From positions 15,338-79,337 of the forward strand of contig DATDVZ010000010.1 of assembly GCA_036517475.1 (NCBI GenBank): a stretch of 64,000 bases of DNA, read 5' to 3'. The position numbers were made by a program, and so were the translations under genes. Shown here piece after piece: positions 28,270-38,422 of this stretch. Each line of letters starts with the position of its first letter. The first letter of the stretch is position 1. This DNA comes from Minisyncoccota bacterium. GTDB taxonomy: Bacteria; Patescibacteriota; Minisyncoccia; Phycocordibacterales; Zambryskibacteraceae. Below the pieces are notes generated by a model. It saw only the letters and a list, made by a program, of their open reading frames with translations, made no database searches and was not told the origin of the DNA.

Positions 28270-28751
28270 TAAAGTTCAAACAACAAAAAAAGGAAGGGCT
28301 AGCATTACTTGAGGCAGTTATTGCTACTTCAATTGTTGTTTTGTTTCTCTCGTCCCTAATTGGCGCTTACAACCTTTATCTGCGAGTTTCTCTAGAAAAT
28401 TTAAGAAAAGTCCAGGCAACTTTTCTGGCAGAAGAAGGAGTTGAGGCGCTGAGACTGCTACGGGACAACTCCTGGTCAAATATTTCAAACTTGTCTCTTA
28501 CTACTGATTACAAACTAGTTTGGAACGGCGTTTCTTGGGCAACCACAACAAACACTATTGTGAGTGATGGCAAATTTTTCAGAACATTCAGACTGGGAGA
28601 AGTGCTGAGAGATTCTAATTCTGACATAGTTTTAAGCAGTGGAACAAGCGATCAAAACAGTCGAAAAATTACAGTCAAGGTTGAGTGGAACGAACACGGA
28701 GCTACTAGTACAAAAATTATTGAGGCTTATACTAGTAATCTTTTTAACTGA
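28266..28751 (+). CDS. Minor pilin (PilV-like)
   Basis: G|LALLEAVIA; QATFLAEEGVEALR. Confidence 0.82.
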   Translation: MIKFKQQKKEGLALLEAVIATSIVVLFLSSLIGAYNLYLRVSLENLRKVQATFLAEEGVEALRLLRDNSWSNISNLSLTTDYKLVWNGVSWATTTNTIVSDGKFFRTFRLGEVLRDSNSDIVLSSGTSDQNSRKITVKVEWNEHGATSTKIIEAYTSNLFN

Positions 28752-29272
28752 TGGCTATTCAAACAAAAAAAATTTATAAGAGGGGAACTTCAATTGTGGA
28801 AATGCTTATTTACTTAGCAATTCTTTCATTTTTGCTTGTTGTAATCGTCAGCCTGCTTTCAAACTTGCTAAATTCCCAAAAAAGATCCAATGCCTCAAGG
28901 AATGTCGAAAGAGCTGGTATTTTCGCAATCGAAAGAATAGTCAGGGAGATCCGCAATGCCTCAAGTGTTGATACGGCCGGATCTGTTCTTTCCTCAAATC
29001 CGGGAGTACTGAAGTTAAATTACACATCCGGAGGCGCCAGTCATAACGTGAGATTCTATCTTGAGAACGGCATTTTATATCTGGAGGAAGACGGCAACCT
29101 TGTGGGAGCGCTAACTAATGACAAATCTAGGCTTACAAATTTGGTTTTTTATAGAATTTTAAGTTCAAATTCTGAGGCAATAAAAGTTGAAGTGACTGCG
29201 GAATCAGGCCTTGAGGAAGCGTATAAATCGGCAAATTTCTTTACCACTGCTGTTATGCGTGGCTCATATTAA
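28751..29272 (+). CDS. Minor pilin (PilW-like)
   Basis: RG|TSIVEMLIYLAI; ERI.REIRNA. Confidence 0.82.
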   Translation: MAIQTKKIYKRGTSIVEMLIYLAILSFLLVVIVSLLSNLLNSQKRSNASRNVERAGIFAIERIVREIRNASSVDTAGSVLSSNPGVLKLNYTSGGASHNVRFYLENGILYLEEDGNLVGALTNDKSRLTNLVFYRILSSNSEAIKVEVTAESGLEEAYKSANFFTTAVMRGSY

Positions 29273-29273
29273 T

Positions 29274-31157
29274 ATGAAAAATATTTTTGAAAAAATTTTG
29301 AAAGACTATAAGAGTTATTACGGGCTCGGCCACCGAAATCCCGCCACGGCGGGATTAGACGGCCAAGCCCCGTTAGAAACTTTTAATTCAAAAGATAAGC
29401 AAAATCATGATCGATTTCAAATGGGGCAAGCAATGATAATAGCTGTTATGTTATTCGTCTTTATCTCACTTGTAGTATTAATGGGTATAGTTGGACCCTC
29501 CCTACGGCAAAAGGCAATCGTGGCTGATTTACTGCAGTCCAGAGACAGTTATTTTTTGGCTGAATCCGGAACAGAGGATGTGATTTACAGACTCAAAAAT
29601 AATCTGCCTGTTGCCTCAAACGGTCAGACAACAAACATTTCAGGAAAGGTTGGGACAACAAATACGGTCGATGCCGGCGGCACAAAAACTGTCACAACAG
29701 TAGCCGACTGGAACGGCAGAATAAGAAAAGTCTCAGTTGAGCTAAACGCCGGTGTCGGAATTTCATTCAGCTACGGAATTCAAACTGGTTACGGCGGTCT
29801 GATTCTGAGTAACAATGCAGGTATAAACGGCAATGTTTATGCCAATGGAAATATTTTTGGGGAAAATGGATCATTTATTACCGGCGGGGCAATAGCTGCC
29901 AACAGTCCTTCTCTTACGGCGGATCAAAGCAATCTTCAACCAACTTCGCCGCCCCATTCAATTAAATTCAGAGACACGTCGGGAACTCAGGACTTGGGAC
30001 AAAAATTTCAGGTAAGCACCACTGCGCCGTTAAACAAACTGCAGTTTTATATAAAAAAGAACGGAAGTCCCTCAAGTGCGACTGTAAAAGTAGTAAATGA
30101 CAACGGCGATAAGCCCGGAACAACTGTATATGCTTCTGGTTCGCTTATCTCATCTCAAGTAACAACAAACTATTCTCTTGTTGATGTGGTTTTGACTTCA
30201 AACCCCTCCCTTCTTCTTAATACAAACTACTGGGTAGTAATTGATAACAGTAGCCAGTCCACTACCAACTACTACACTGTTGCAGCAAACACTTTTTATG
30301 CTTCAGGTTACGCAAAAGTCGGTCAGCAGGGCGGCACATGGAATAACACTTCACCTTCAGCGCTTGACTCCTATTTTTCTGTTCTTGTCGGCGGAACTGT
30401 GGCAACTATAAGCGGAGTAACCATAGGATCGGCAGGCACGGGGGATGCATGGGCTCACATTGTAAACAACTCATCAATAGCTGGAAACCTTTACTGCCAT
30501 ACTGGTTCAAACAACAACAAATCCTGCAATACCTCACGATCTGATCCGAGTCAGCAGCCTTTTCCAATCTCTCAGGGTAATATTGACCAATGGAAAACTG
30601 AAGCTGAATCCGGAACTATATTCAACGGCAATAAAACAATAACTTCAACAAATGCGAGTCTTGGGCCTATGAAAATTGTTGGGAATCTAACTATTTCAAA
30701 CAATGCTACTCTGACGGTAACCGGAACAATATGGGTTACTGGTGATGTAAGTACTTCAAACAACGTTAACGTTCGGCTCTCACCTTCATACGGAGCCGGA
30801 AGTGGAGTGATAGTAACTGACGGAAAGATAAACATTTCCAACAATGCCACCTTCAGCGGCTCAGGAACACAAGGAAGTTATCTGATGGTCCTTTCTACAA
30901 GCAACTGTCCGACAGGACCATCATGCGGCGGTAGTAATGCAGTAAGTGTTGGCAATAATGCCGGCGCAGTAATCCTAGTTGCCCAAGACGGAACAATATA
31001 TTTCAGCAATAACGCTGGTGCAAAAGAGGTAATAGCTGGCAAACTTTCTTTGAGCAATAACGCCGTAATTACATATGAAAGCGGCCTCATTGATCTAAAC
31101 TTTACTAACGGACCTTCCGGGGGTTGGGATATCTTAAACTGGACTGAAACAGAATAA
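29274..31157 (+). CDS. PilX-like pilin with a large beta-rich C-terminal region
   Basis: G|QAMIIAVMLF; SYFLAESG.ED...RL; repeated SNN motifs. Confidence 0.8.
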   Translation: MKNIFEKILKDYKSYYGLGHRNPATAGLDGQAPLETFNSKDKQNHDRFQMGQAMIIAVMLFVFISLVVLMGIVGPSLRQKAIVADLLQSRDSYFLAESGTEDVIYRLKNNLPVASNGQTTNISGKVGTTNTVDAGGTKTVTTVADWNGRIRKVSVELNAGVGISFSYGIQTGYGGLILSNNAGINGNVYANGNIFGENGSFITGGAIAANSPSLTADQSNLQPTSPPHSIKFRDTSGTQDLGQKFQVSTTAPLNKLQFYIKKNGSPSSATVKVVNDNGDKPGTTVYASGSLISSQVTTNYSLVDVVLTSNPSLLLNTNYWVVIDNSSQSTTNYYTVAANTFYASGYAKVGQQGGTWNNTSPSALDSYFSVLVGGTVATISGVTIGSAGTGDAWAHIVNNSSIAGNLYCHTGSNNNKSCNTSRSDPSQQPFPISQGNIDQWKTEAESGTIFNGNKTITSTNASLGPMKIVGNLTISNNATLTVTGTIWVTGDVSTSNNVNVRLSPSYGAGSGVIVTDGKINISNNATFSGSGTQGSYLMVLSTSNCPTGPSCGGSNAVSVGNNAGAVILVAQDGTIYFSNNAGAKEVIAGKLSLSNNAVITYESGLIDLNFTNGPSGGWDILNWTETE

Positions 31158-31189
31158 TTATATGAAAATTTTCAAATTAGAATTACATC

Positions 31190-31951
31190 ATGTCTAAACG
31201 ACTAATCATTGCAAACTGGAAAATGAACCCCACTACTTTAATTGAGGCGAAAAAAATCTTCATTAAATCAAAACTACTGTCGGCAAAATTAAAAAAAACA
31301 TCAATAATAGTTTGTCCACCATCTGTATACCTATCAGCTTTCAGAATTAAAAAATCACAAAAATTTTCTTTAGGTGCACAGGATATTTTCTGGAAATTAA
31401 GCGGAGCCCATACCGGAGAAATTTCTCCTCTCATGATTGCAAACTTAGGGGCGAGCTTCTGTATTGTTGGCCACTCAGAAAGACGAATTCTGGGTGAAAC
31501 TGATGAAGTTGTTTCAAAAAAATTGAGATCTCTATTTAAGGAAAAAATTACTCCAATACTTTGTGTGGGTGAAAGAGAAAGAGACGTTCAGGGGCACTAT
31601 CTAGAGACTTTATCAGCTCAGATAAGAGGTTCACTACGCAGTGTGGAAAGAAAGAATGCTTCAAAATTAATCATAGCCTACGAACCAATCTGGGCAATAG
31701 GCAAAACTGCTGACGACGCAATAAATCCACGTAAATTGCATGAAATGGTCATATTTGTCCGCAAAGTTCTTGCGCAAATTTTCGGCGCTGAAACTGCAAA
31801 AAAAATCAGAATTCTCTACGGGGGTTCTGTTGAGGGCAAAAATGCGCATGAACTTATATCAAACGGCCATGTTTCAGGTTTTCTTGTGGGACACGCCTCG
31901 CTTGATATGCGGGAATTTAGCGAAATTATTAAAGCAGTAGAAAAATCTTAA
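31190..31951 (+). CDS. tpiA: Triosephosphate isomerase
   Basis: ANWKMN, GHSERR, AYEPIWAIG, LYGGSV. Confidence 0.96.
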   Translation: MSKRLIIANWKMNPTTLIEAKKIFIKSKLLSAKLKKTSIIVCPPSVYLSAFRIKKSQKFSLGAQDIFWKLSGAHTGEISPLMIANLGASFCIVGHSERRILGETDEVVSKKLRSLFKEKITPILCVGERERDVQGHYLETLSAQIRGSLRSVERKNASKLIIAYEPIWAIGKTADDAINPRKLHEMVIFVRKVLAQIFGAETAKKIRILYGGSVEGKNAHELISNGHVSGFLVGHASLDMREFSEIIKAVEKS

Positions 31952-31965
31952 TCCTGAACGACATC

Positions 31966-33075
31966 ATGCGTTTTGTAAAAGACATAGGTGACATAAAAGG
32001 TAAAACAATTTTACTCCATCTTGATTTAAATGTTGAAATTTTAGGCAATGAGGTGGCCGATGACTTCAGAATCAAGAAATCGATGCCACTAATTGATTTT
32101 TTGAGAAATAAGGGAGCAAATTTGATTTTTGCAAGCCATATTGACCCAGACCCGGAAACTTCCTTGCGACCAGTTTTTGAATATTTGAAAAAACAGTTAC
32201 CTGTTGTCCTCCTGGAAGACTATTTTCCAGAAGCTCCTGATCTTAATGTTCATTTTGCAAAAGGTAATATTGTTCTCCTAGAAAATCTGCGTAAGTACAA
32301 AGAAGAAAAGGAGAATGACGAAAATTTCGCGCGGCATTTGGCATCATTTGCAGACTTTTTTGTGAATGAGGCTTTCTCAATTTCCCATCGCAAACACGCT
32401 TCAATTGTCGGCATCCCAAAATATCTCCCGAGTTTTGCTGGTTTTGCCTTTGAAGAAGAAATGGTTAATTTGAGCAGAGCTTTTAGTCCTCCGCATCCTT
32501 TTTTATTTGTTCTGGGCGGGGCTAAATTTGATACAAAACTTCCGCTTTTGAAGAGGTTTTTTAATTTAGCTGACTCAATCTTTATTGGCGGAGCACTAGC
32601 CAATGATTTTTTGAAAGCTAGGGGCTATAGTGTCGGAAAATCTCTTGTTTCAACGGAAAATATTAATTTAGATGAATTTCCTGAAGATAAGTTAATTATG
32701 CCAATAGATGTGGTCGTAAAAAATTCAAATGGTTTATCTACAAAAAAGATTGAAGAAGTGATTGCACAAGATTGCATAGTAGATGTTGGTCTGCAGTCTG
32801 TAACTGCGTTATATTCAACCATTGAAAATGCAAATTTTATTCTTTGGAACGGACCCTTGGGTAATTATGAGGAAGGCTTTAAACAAGCAACTCTGACTTT
32901 GGCAAAAAAAATTGCGGAAGCAAGTGCAACTTCAATTGTTGGTGGCGGAGATACTATCGCATCTATCGCAGAACTTGGGTTAGGAGATAAATTTTCTTTT
33001 ATTTCTACCGGCGGTGGTGCAATGCTTGAATTTTTAGCCAACGAAACCTTGCCAGGTATAGAGGCTTTGGGCTAG
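31966..33075 (+). CDS. pgk: Phosphoglycerate kinase
   Basis: DLNV, LLENLR, GGAK, WNGPLG, GGGDT, ISTGGGA. Confidence 0.95.
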   Translation: MRFVKDIGDIKGKTILLHLDLNVEILGNEVADDFRIKKSMPLIDFLRNKGANLIFASHIDPDPETSLRPVFEYLKKQLPVVLLEDYFPEAPDLNVHFAKGNIVLLENLRKYKEEKENDENFARHLASFADFFVNEAFSISHRKHASIVGIPKYLPSFAGFAFEEEMVNLSRAFSPPHPFLFVLGGAKFDTKLPLLKRFFNLADSIFIGGALANDFLKARGYSVGKSLVSTENINLDEFPEDKLIMPIDVVVKNSNGLSTKKIEEVIAQDCIVDVGLQSVTALYSTIENANFILWNGPLGNYEEGFKQATLTLAKKIAEASATSIVGGGDTIASIAELGLGDKFSFISTGGGAMLEFLANETLPGIEALG

Positions 33076-33113
33076 TTTGCTTGAATTTTAAATAAAGAAA
33101 ATGCACGGACTTC

Positions 33114-33371
33114 TTAGTCCGTGCGGCGACTTTCTCTTATCACTCTCCTTATATGTTTCTGGGTGTTCCAGCGTCTCCACCCCAGGATTAGGAATATTGT
33201 CCCCGGCATTGCACCAAGAACAGTTCCAGTAGCGCGGAGAACCCATTTGGATGTGGGACTCAGTGGTGGGGTTTCTAAAAAAGATCTGAGCCAAAATGCT
33301 CCTGCAACAACAAAAAGTAGTAACCCCACCAAGATGTCTTGTCGGATGGGATTTGAGGAACGAGGTGTCAC
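33114..33371 (-). CDS. Small two-TM hypothetical protein
   Basis: GTG start with GGGAG SD; two hydrophobic segments. Confidence 0.55.
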   Translation of the reverse strand: MTPRSSNPIRQDILVGLLLFVVAGAFWLRSFLETPPLSPTSKWVLRATGTVLGAMPGTIFLILGWRRWNTQKHIRRVIRESRRTD

Positions 33372-33493
33372 AACATGCTCCCGGTTAAGGTTCTATTGAA
33401 AGTCTAGCTTATTAAATTTAACTTTCAAGTTGTTTCATTTTTGTTCTAATCTTCTCTCCGATTTATTCAATTTTTAGAGAACTGTCATGTTTT

Positions 33494-33931
33494 TTACTGC
33501 CCCCGAATCCTTTCACAGATTTGCTCAAGAGTTTCTGTCGGTGGATTGTGAACAATAGTTTGCATGATTCCACCCTTATCATTTTCCCAACGTGGAATTA
33601 TATGAATATGAAGGTGAGGAACACCCCGTTTTTCCATGTGGTTTATGCCAATTGTAAGTGAATCTGGAGAAAGAGCGAGAGAAATTTTTTCTGAGACTTT
33701 TTTAACCGAAGCCATAATTAAACCCAACTCCTTTTCTTCGAAATCTAAAATTGATTCCCCGTGTTTTTTAGGAATAACCATCGTGTGACCGGGGGCTGAT
33801 GGTTTTATTTCCAAAAAAGCTATTGTGTTTTCATTTTCAAATATAATTTCAGCGGGAATCTCTTTCTTAATAATATTACAGAACACGCAACTTGCCCGTT
33901 CAGAATTTTCACTCGCCTCAGTTTTTATCAT
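33494..33931 (-). CDS. HIT family hydrolase
   Basis: CVFC, GHTMVIPKKH, VPHLHIHIIPR. Confidence 0.92.
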   Translation of the reverse strand: MIKTEASENSERASCVFCNIIKKEIPAEIIFENENTIAFLEIKPSAPGHTMVIPKKHGESILDFEEKELGLIMASVKKVSEKISLALSPDSLTIGINHMEKRGVPHLHIHIIPRWENDKGGIMQTIVHNPPTETLEQICERIRGQ

Positions 33932-34075
33932 AATATTGGGTTTCTATCTTAACCTTATAAATTGGTGAGTGGTATCAATTTTTAAAAAATTCTGTGTGGG
34001 TTTGGATCAATGTTATTCATAAAATAATCATACAATATAAAGTAAGAATTACATTCTAGTGTTACAATATCCTGC

Positions 34076-35827
34076 ATGTCCACAGATCTAGCTAGACCTG
34101 AAATTTCAGTTGATAATAGCCTTGAAATCTATCCGGAATTCTTAAGAAAACTTCTTTTAAACCGCGGAATCACAAATCTAGAGGAAGCACAAAATTTTTT
34201 GGAGCCTGACTATGAAAACCACCTGCATGACCCTTATTTGTTAAAGGATATTGAAAAAGCAGTTGAGAGAATCCTAAAAGCTGTTGAAACTGGTGAAAAA
34301 ATATTAATTTACAGCGATTACGACGCGGATGGGATTCCGGGTGGAGTAATTTTGCGCGAATTTTTTGAAAGAATTGGGCATAAAAACGTTGAAAATTATA
34401 TACCTGACCGCCACGAAGAAGGCTTTGGAGTCCATAAACAGGCGGTTGAAAATTTTGCAAAGGAAGGAATTAAACTTTTAATTACAGTTGACTGCGGAAC
34501 AGCGGACGTGGAATCCATCAACCGCGCCGTAGAACTCGGCCTTGACGTAATCATAACTGACCACCACGAGCCAAACGGTCATTTTCCAAAAGCTTGCGCC
34601 ATTATTAATCCCAAACAAAAAGACTGCCATTATCCTTTCAAAGAACTTTGCGGAAGCGGAGTTGTTTATAAGCTAATTCAGGCAATTCTTGCAAAAAACC
34701 GTTTTGAAATGAAAGAGGGATACGAAAAATGGTTTTTGGACTTAGTGGGACTTGCCACTTTATCTGACATGGTCCCGCTAGTGGGTGAAAATCGGGTGCT
34801 CTCCCACTACGGGCTCAAAGTAATCCGCAAATCACCACGCCCCGGACTTCAAAAGCTTTTCAGTAAAGTTAGAATTAGCCAGCCGAATATAAATGAAGAT
34901 GATATTACTTTTTCAGTAACGCCGCGCCTCAATGCCGCATCCCGTATGGGGCACCCCATGGATGCTTTTAAACTTCTGAGAACCAAAGATGAGATTGAAG
35001 CAGATCAATTGAGCGATTATCTCAATCGCATCAATGATGAACGCAAGGGGGTTGTGGCAGCTATTGTAAAAGATATTAAAAAACATTTAAAAGAAAGAGG
35101 TGAACTTAAAAAAGTAATTGTTCACGGCAACCCAGAATGGAAGCCAGCACTTCTTGGTCTTGCGGCAAGCTCAGTCATGGCAGATTTTCCGAGAACAATT
35201 TTCCTTTGGGGCAGAAATGGCGATTCTATTATCAAGGGTTCGTGCCGCTCCGAAGGCAATATCAATCTGATGGCTCTTATGGAGAGCGCAAAAGATTCGT
35301 TTCTGCAATTTGGTGGACATAAATTAGCGGGGGGTTTTTCAATTTCAACTGAAAAGGTCCATACTCTTGAAGATGAGCTCAACCGAGCGTATGAAAAATT
35401 GTTTCCGGTACACCACGAGAGTTCCCCTCAGATTTCAATTCCCGAGGGGAACTCTCGTGGCTCTGATGAAAACTGGATTGATATGAAGTTAAATTTAAAT
35501 GATGTGAACTGGGACACATATAAGCACATTGAAAGACTCGCGCCATTTGGCATCGGCAATCCCAAACCCACTTTTCTTTTTGAAAATGTTTCACCGAAAA
35601 CTGTTAAGCAGTTTGGCAAAGAGAAAAATCACCTAGAGTTAATCTTTTCCGCCCCAGGCGGATCCGCCTCTGGCGGAGCAATATCTGCCATAGCTTTTTT
35701 CAAAAGACCTGAAAGTTTTGAAACAAAACTTGAGGAGGGTAAACCCATTAACCTCATAGCCACATTTGAAAAATCGAATTTTAGAAACTATCCGCAATTG
35801 CGACTGCATATAGTTGACATTGTGTAA
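34076..35827 (+). CDS. recJ: Single-stranded DNA exonuclease RecJ
   Basis: DYDADG, TVDCG, TDHH, PRLNAASR, GS.RS, FGGH..AGG, PFG.GNP.P. Confidence 0.95.
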   Translation: MSTDLARPEISVDNSLEIYPEFLRKLLLNRGITNLEEAQNFLEPDYENHLHDPYLLKDIEKAVERILKAVETGEKILIYSDYDADGIPGGVILREFFERIGHKNVENYIPDRHEEGFGVHKQAVENFAKEGIKLLITVDCGTADVESINRAVELGLDVIITDHHEPNGHFPKACAIINPKQKDCHYPFKELCGSGVVYKLIQAILAKNRFEMKEGYEKWFLDLVGLATLSDMVPLVGENRVLSHYGLKVIRKSPRPGLQKLFSKVRISQPNINEDDITFSVTPRLNAASRMGHPMDAFKLLRTKDEIEADQLSDYLNRINDERKGVVAAIVKDIKKHLKERGELKKVIVHGNPEWKPALLGLAASSVMADFPRTIFLWGRNGDSIIKGSCRSEGNINLMALMESAKDSFLQFGGHKLAGGFSISTEKVHTLEDELNRAYEKLFPVHHESSPQISIPEGNSRGSDENWIDMKLNLNDVNWDTYKHIERLAPFGIGNPKPTFLFENVSPKTVKQFGKEKNHLELIFSAPGGSASGGAISAIAFFKRPESFETKLEEGKPINLIATFEKSNFRNYPQLRLHIVDIV

Positions 35828-35869
35828 TTATTGTTTATTCTTTCTTTTGGATCTATTCAGGAGGTAGTG

Positions 35870-36088
35870 ATGGTCAAGTCTTTGTTCGTAATTTCTTTAG
35901 TAAATATAATTAAATCTCCCCACGCAACTTTCTTGCTGGGAATGCTGATACTTGGATTTATTGTCATATTAGATCCTACTATTGGTGATACAAAAGTCTG
36001 GAGACTTGCTTTTGTACTAAATTTCCTATGGGGAGTATTTGGACCTTATATATTGGGGTGGATAAGAAAGGAAAAAACCCATAGCTAA
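35870..36088 (+). CDS. Small membrane hypothetical protein
   Basis: AGGAGG SD before ATG 35870; two TM segments. Confidence 0.55.
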   Translation: MVKSLFVISLVNIIKSPHATFLLGMLILGFIVILDPTIGDTKVWRLAFVLNFLWGVFGPYILGWIRKEKTHS

Positions 36089-36118
36089 TTGCTAAGGGTT
36101 TTTTGTTATACTTTTTTA

Positions 36119-36883
36119 ATGAAAATAACTATTTTTACTGATGGTGCGGCCAGAGGAAATCCAGGTCCCGGCGGATGGGGAGCAATCGTTATTTTTCCAG
36201 TAAGAAAGACACCGATTGCGAATAACAATCGAATAACGAATAAGGAATGGGTGCAAGAACTCGGCGGATCGGAAAAACACACGACCAATAATCGAATGGA
36301 GCTCACTGCAGTTATAAAGGCGCTTGAATTTATATCTAAAAAAATCGTTATTCCTAATTCCTCATTCATAATTCTTCTTTGCACCGATTCCTCCTACGTC
36401 ATGCGTGGTGCAAAGACCTGGGTTCATGATTGGGCTAAAAACAAGTGGAAAACAAAGCAAAAAAAGGATGTTTTGAATAAAGATTTATGGAAAAAATTTT
36501 TAAAAGTCAGTAAAGACTTTAATATTGGATGGAAATTATTGCCTGGACACTCTGGAATTCCCGCAAATGACCGCTGTGACCAAATTGCAACTGCATTTGC
36601 AGATAACAAGAAGCCAAAACTATATTCTGGAATTCTGCAGAATTATGGAATAGATATTCAAGGTCGAATCTTAAGAATCCCTAAAGGTTCGACCTTAATT
36701 TCAAAGAAGAAAAGAAGTTCCTCAAAACCATATTCATACGTCAGTTTAGTCGGTGGAATTGTGCAAACTCACGTCACCTGGGCAGAGTGCGAGAGACGTG
36801 TAAAAGGTGTAAGTAATGCTAAATTTAAAAAATCAATTTCTTTTGAGGACGAGCAATTAATAATTAATAGGTTCAGAGTTTAA
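36119..36883 (+). CDS. rnhA: Ribonuclease HI with C-terminal caulimovirus viroplasmin-like hybrid-binding domain
   Basis: FTDGA.RGNPGPGGWG, TTNNRMEL, TDSSY, GHSGIP.N.RCD; C-terminal H.TWAECE.RVKG...AKFKK. Confidence 0.92.
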   Translation: MKITIFTDGAARGNPGPGGWGAIVIFPVRKTPIANNNRITNKEWVQELGGSEKHTTNNRMELTAVIKALEFISKKIVIPNSSFIILLCTDSSYVMRGAKTWVHDWAKNKWKTKQKKDVLNKDLWKKFLKVSKDFNIGWKLLPGHSGIPANDRCDQIATAFADNKKPKLYSGILQNYGIDIQGRILRIPKGSTLISKKKRSSSKPYSYVSLVGGIVQTHVTWAECERRVKGVSNAKFKKSISFEDEQLIINRFRV

Positions 36884-36946
36884 ATGATTAATCTATTCTC
36901 TTATTCGTGAGAATAAGAGAATAGATTTGAAAAAAGTCTCAGGAAA

Positions 36947-38422
36947 ATGCTAAATGATTTGTTAAAAGATTTGCTTATTGTCTCTGGATTAGCCTTTCTT
37001 CTAGGAATAGCAACCTCTTCTTTTATTAACTTGGGTTTAGTGTTTGCCTTATTCATTTTATTTTTGGGAGTAATAATCACTGCCTATACATTGATCTTTG
37101 TTGAATCTGAAAGCAGAAATATTTTTAAGATAGTCGCTCTAGCACTAATATTTTTCTCACTAGGGCTAGCCAGATATGATTTAAAAGAGAGATACAACCC
37201 AGATCCAAAATTAATTTCAGCTATAAACTCTAAAACTGAAATTATTGGTGTAGTTGTAGAAGAGCCAAAATATAAAAATACATATCGTGAATACATAATT
37301 AAAACAGAGGCTGGAGATAAAATTTTAGTTAGAGCGGAAGTATATCCAGAATATAGATACGGCGATAGGATCAAATTCAGAGGCAAACTTGAAAAGCCTA
37401 AAAATTTTGAAGATGAGCGAGGAAAAACCTTTGATTATAGCTCTTTCCTAGCTAAAGAAGATATTTACTTTATTCTCTCATTTGCTAAAGGAGAGTTTAT
37501 TGAGAATGACCAGGGTTCTAAGTTAAAATCCACTCTTCTTACTTTTAAAAGTCAGTTGAAGGAAAGTTATGAAGCAAGAGTGGGTGAACCCGCTTCATCT
37601 TTACTTGGTGGAATTCTTCTTGGTTTTGACGAAATTGGCAAAGAATGGGAGGAAATTTTTCGTCAGATCGGAATAATTCATATTATAGTGCTCTCAGGTT
37701 ACAACATTACTATTATTGCAGATTCAATCTATTGGCTCTTATCCCGTATTAAGTACTTATCAAAAAAATGGATACTTTCCACAGAGTTAATCGGAATAAT
37801 TTTATTTGTAATTATGGTAGGAGGGACTCCTTCAATTATACGCGCCGCCCTAATGGCGCTTCTGGTTCTGCTCGCTCGCTATACAGGCAGAACTTTTCTA
37901 GCTGGCAGGGCGCTTCTGGCGGCTGCTTCCTTTATGGTTTTGTGGAACCCTAAAGTTTTAGTTTTTGATACGGGATTCCAGCTTTCATTTCTTGCTACAG
38001 CCGGATTAATCTGGGTGACACCTCTCTTAAAAAACAAACTAAACTGGATCACTGAAAAATTTGCCTTGCGCAATATTGTTACTGATACAATCTCAACGCA
38101 AATTCTGGTTTTACCACTTCTTCTTTATAAAACTGGATTATTTTCAGTAGTATCCATTCCGGCAAATATTCTTGTTCTTCCAGCAGTTCCCTTTGCCATG
38201 TTTTTTGGATTTTTAACAGGTATAATGGGCCTAATATCTTCAATCGCTGCGGTTCCTTTTGCATTTATTTCACAAATTTTGCTTGACTACATATTGAAAA
38301 TCTCAGAGTTGTCCGCCTCTTTGCCTTTATCTTCAGTTTCAGTGGCAGAGTTTCCGTTGATTTTTACACTTTTTATTTATTTAGCTTACTGCTTATTTTA
38401 TTTAAAAATACGGACAAAATGA
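36947..38422 (+). CDS. comEC: ComEC/Rec2 DNA uptake channel
   Basis: HIIVLSGYNI, SIIRAALM, GFQLSFLAT; OB-like domain. Confidence 0.92.
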   Translation: MLNDLLKDLLIVSGLAFLLGIATSSFINLGLVFALFILFLGVIITAYTLIFVESESRNIFKIVALALIFFSLGLARYDLKERYNPDPKLISAINSKTEIIGVVVEEPKYKNTYREYIIKTEAGDKILVRAEVYPEYRYGDRIKFRGKLEKPKNFEDERGKTFDYSSFLAKEDIYFILSFAKGEFIENDQGSKLKSTLLTFKSQLKESYEARVGEPASSLLGGILLGFDEIGKEWEEIFRQIGIIHIIVLSGYNITIIADSIYWLLSRIKYLSKKWILSTELIGIILFVIMVGGTPSIIRAALMALLVLLARYTGRTFLAGRALLAAASFMVLWNPKVLVFDTGFQLSFLATAGLIWVTPLLKNKLNWITEKFALRNIVTDTISTQILVLPLLLYKTGLFSVVSIPANILVLPAVPFAMFFGFLTGIMGLISSIAAVPFAFISQILLDYILKISELSASLPLSSVSVAEFPLIFTLFIYLAYCLFYLKIRTK

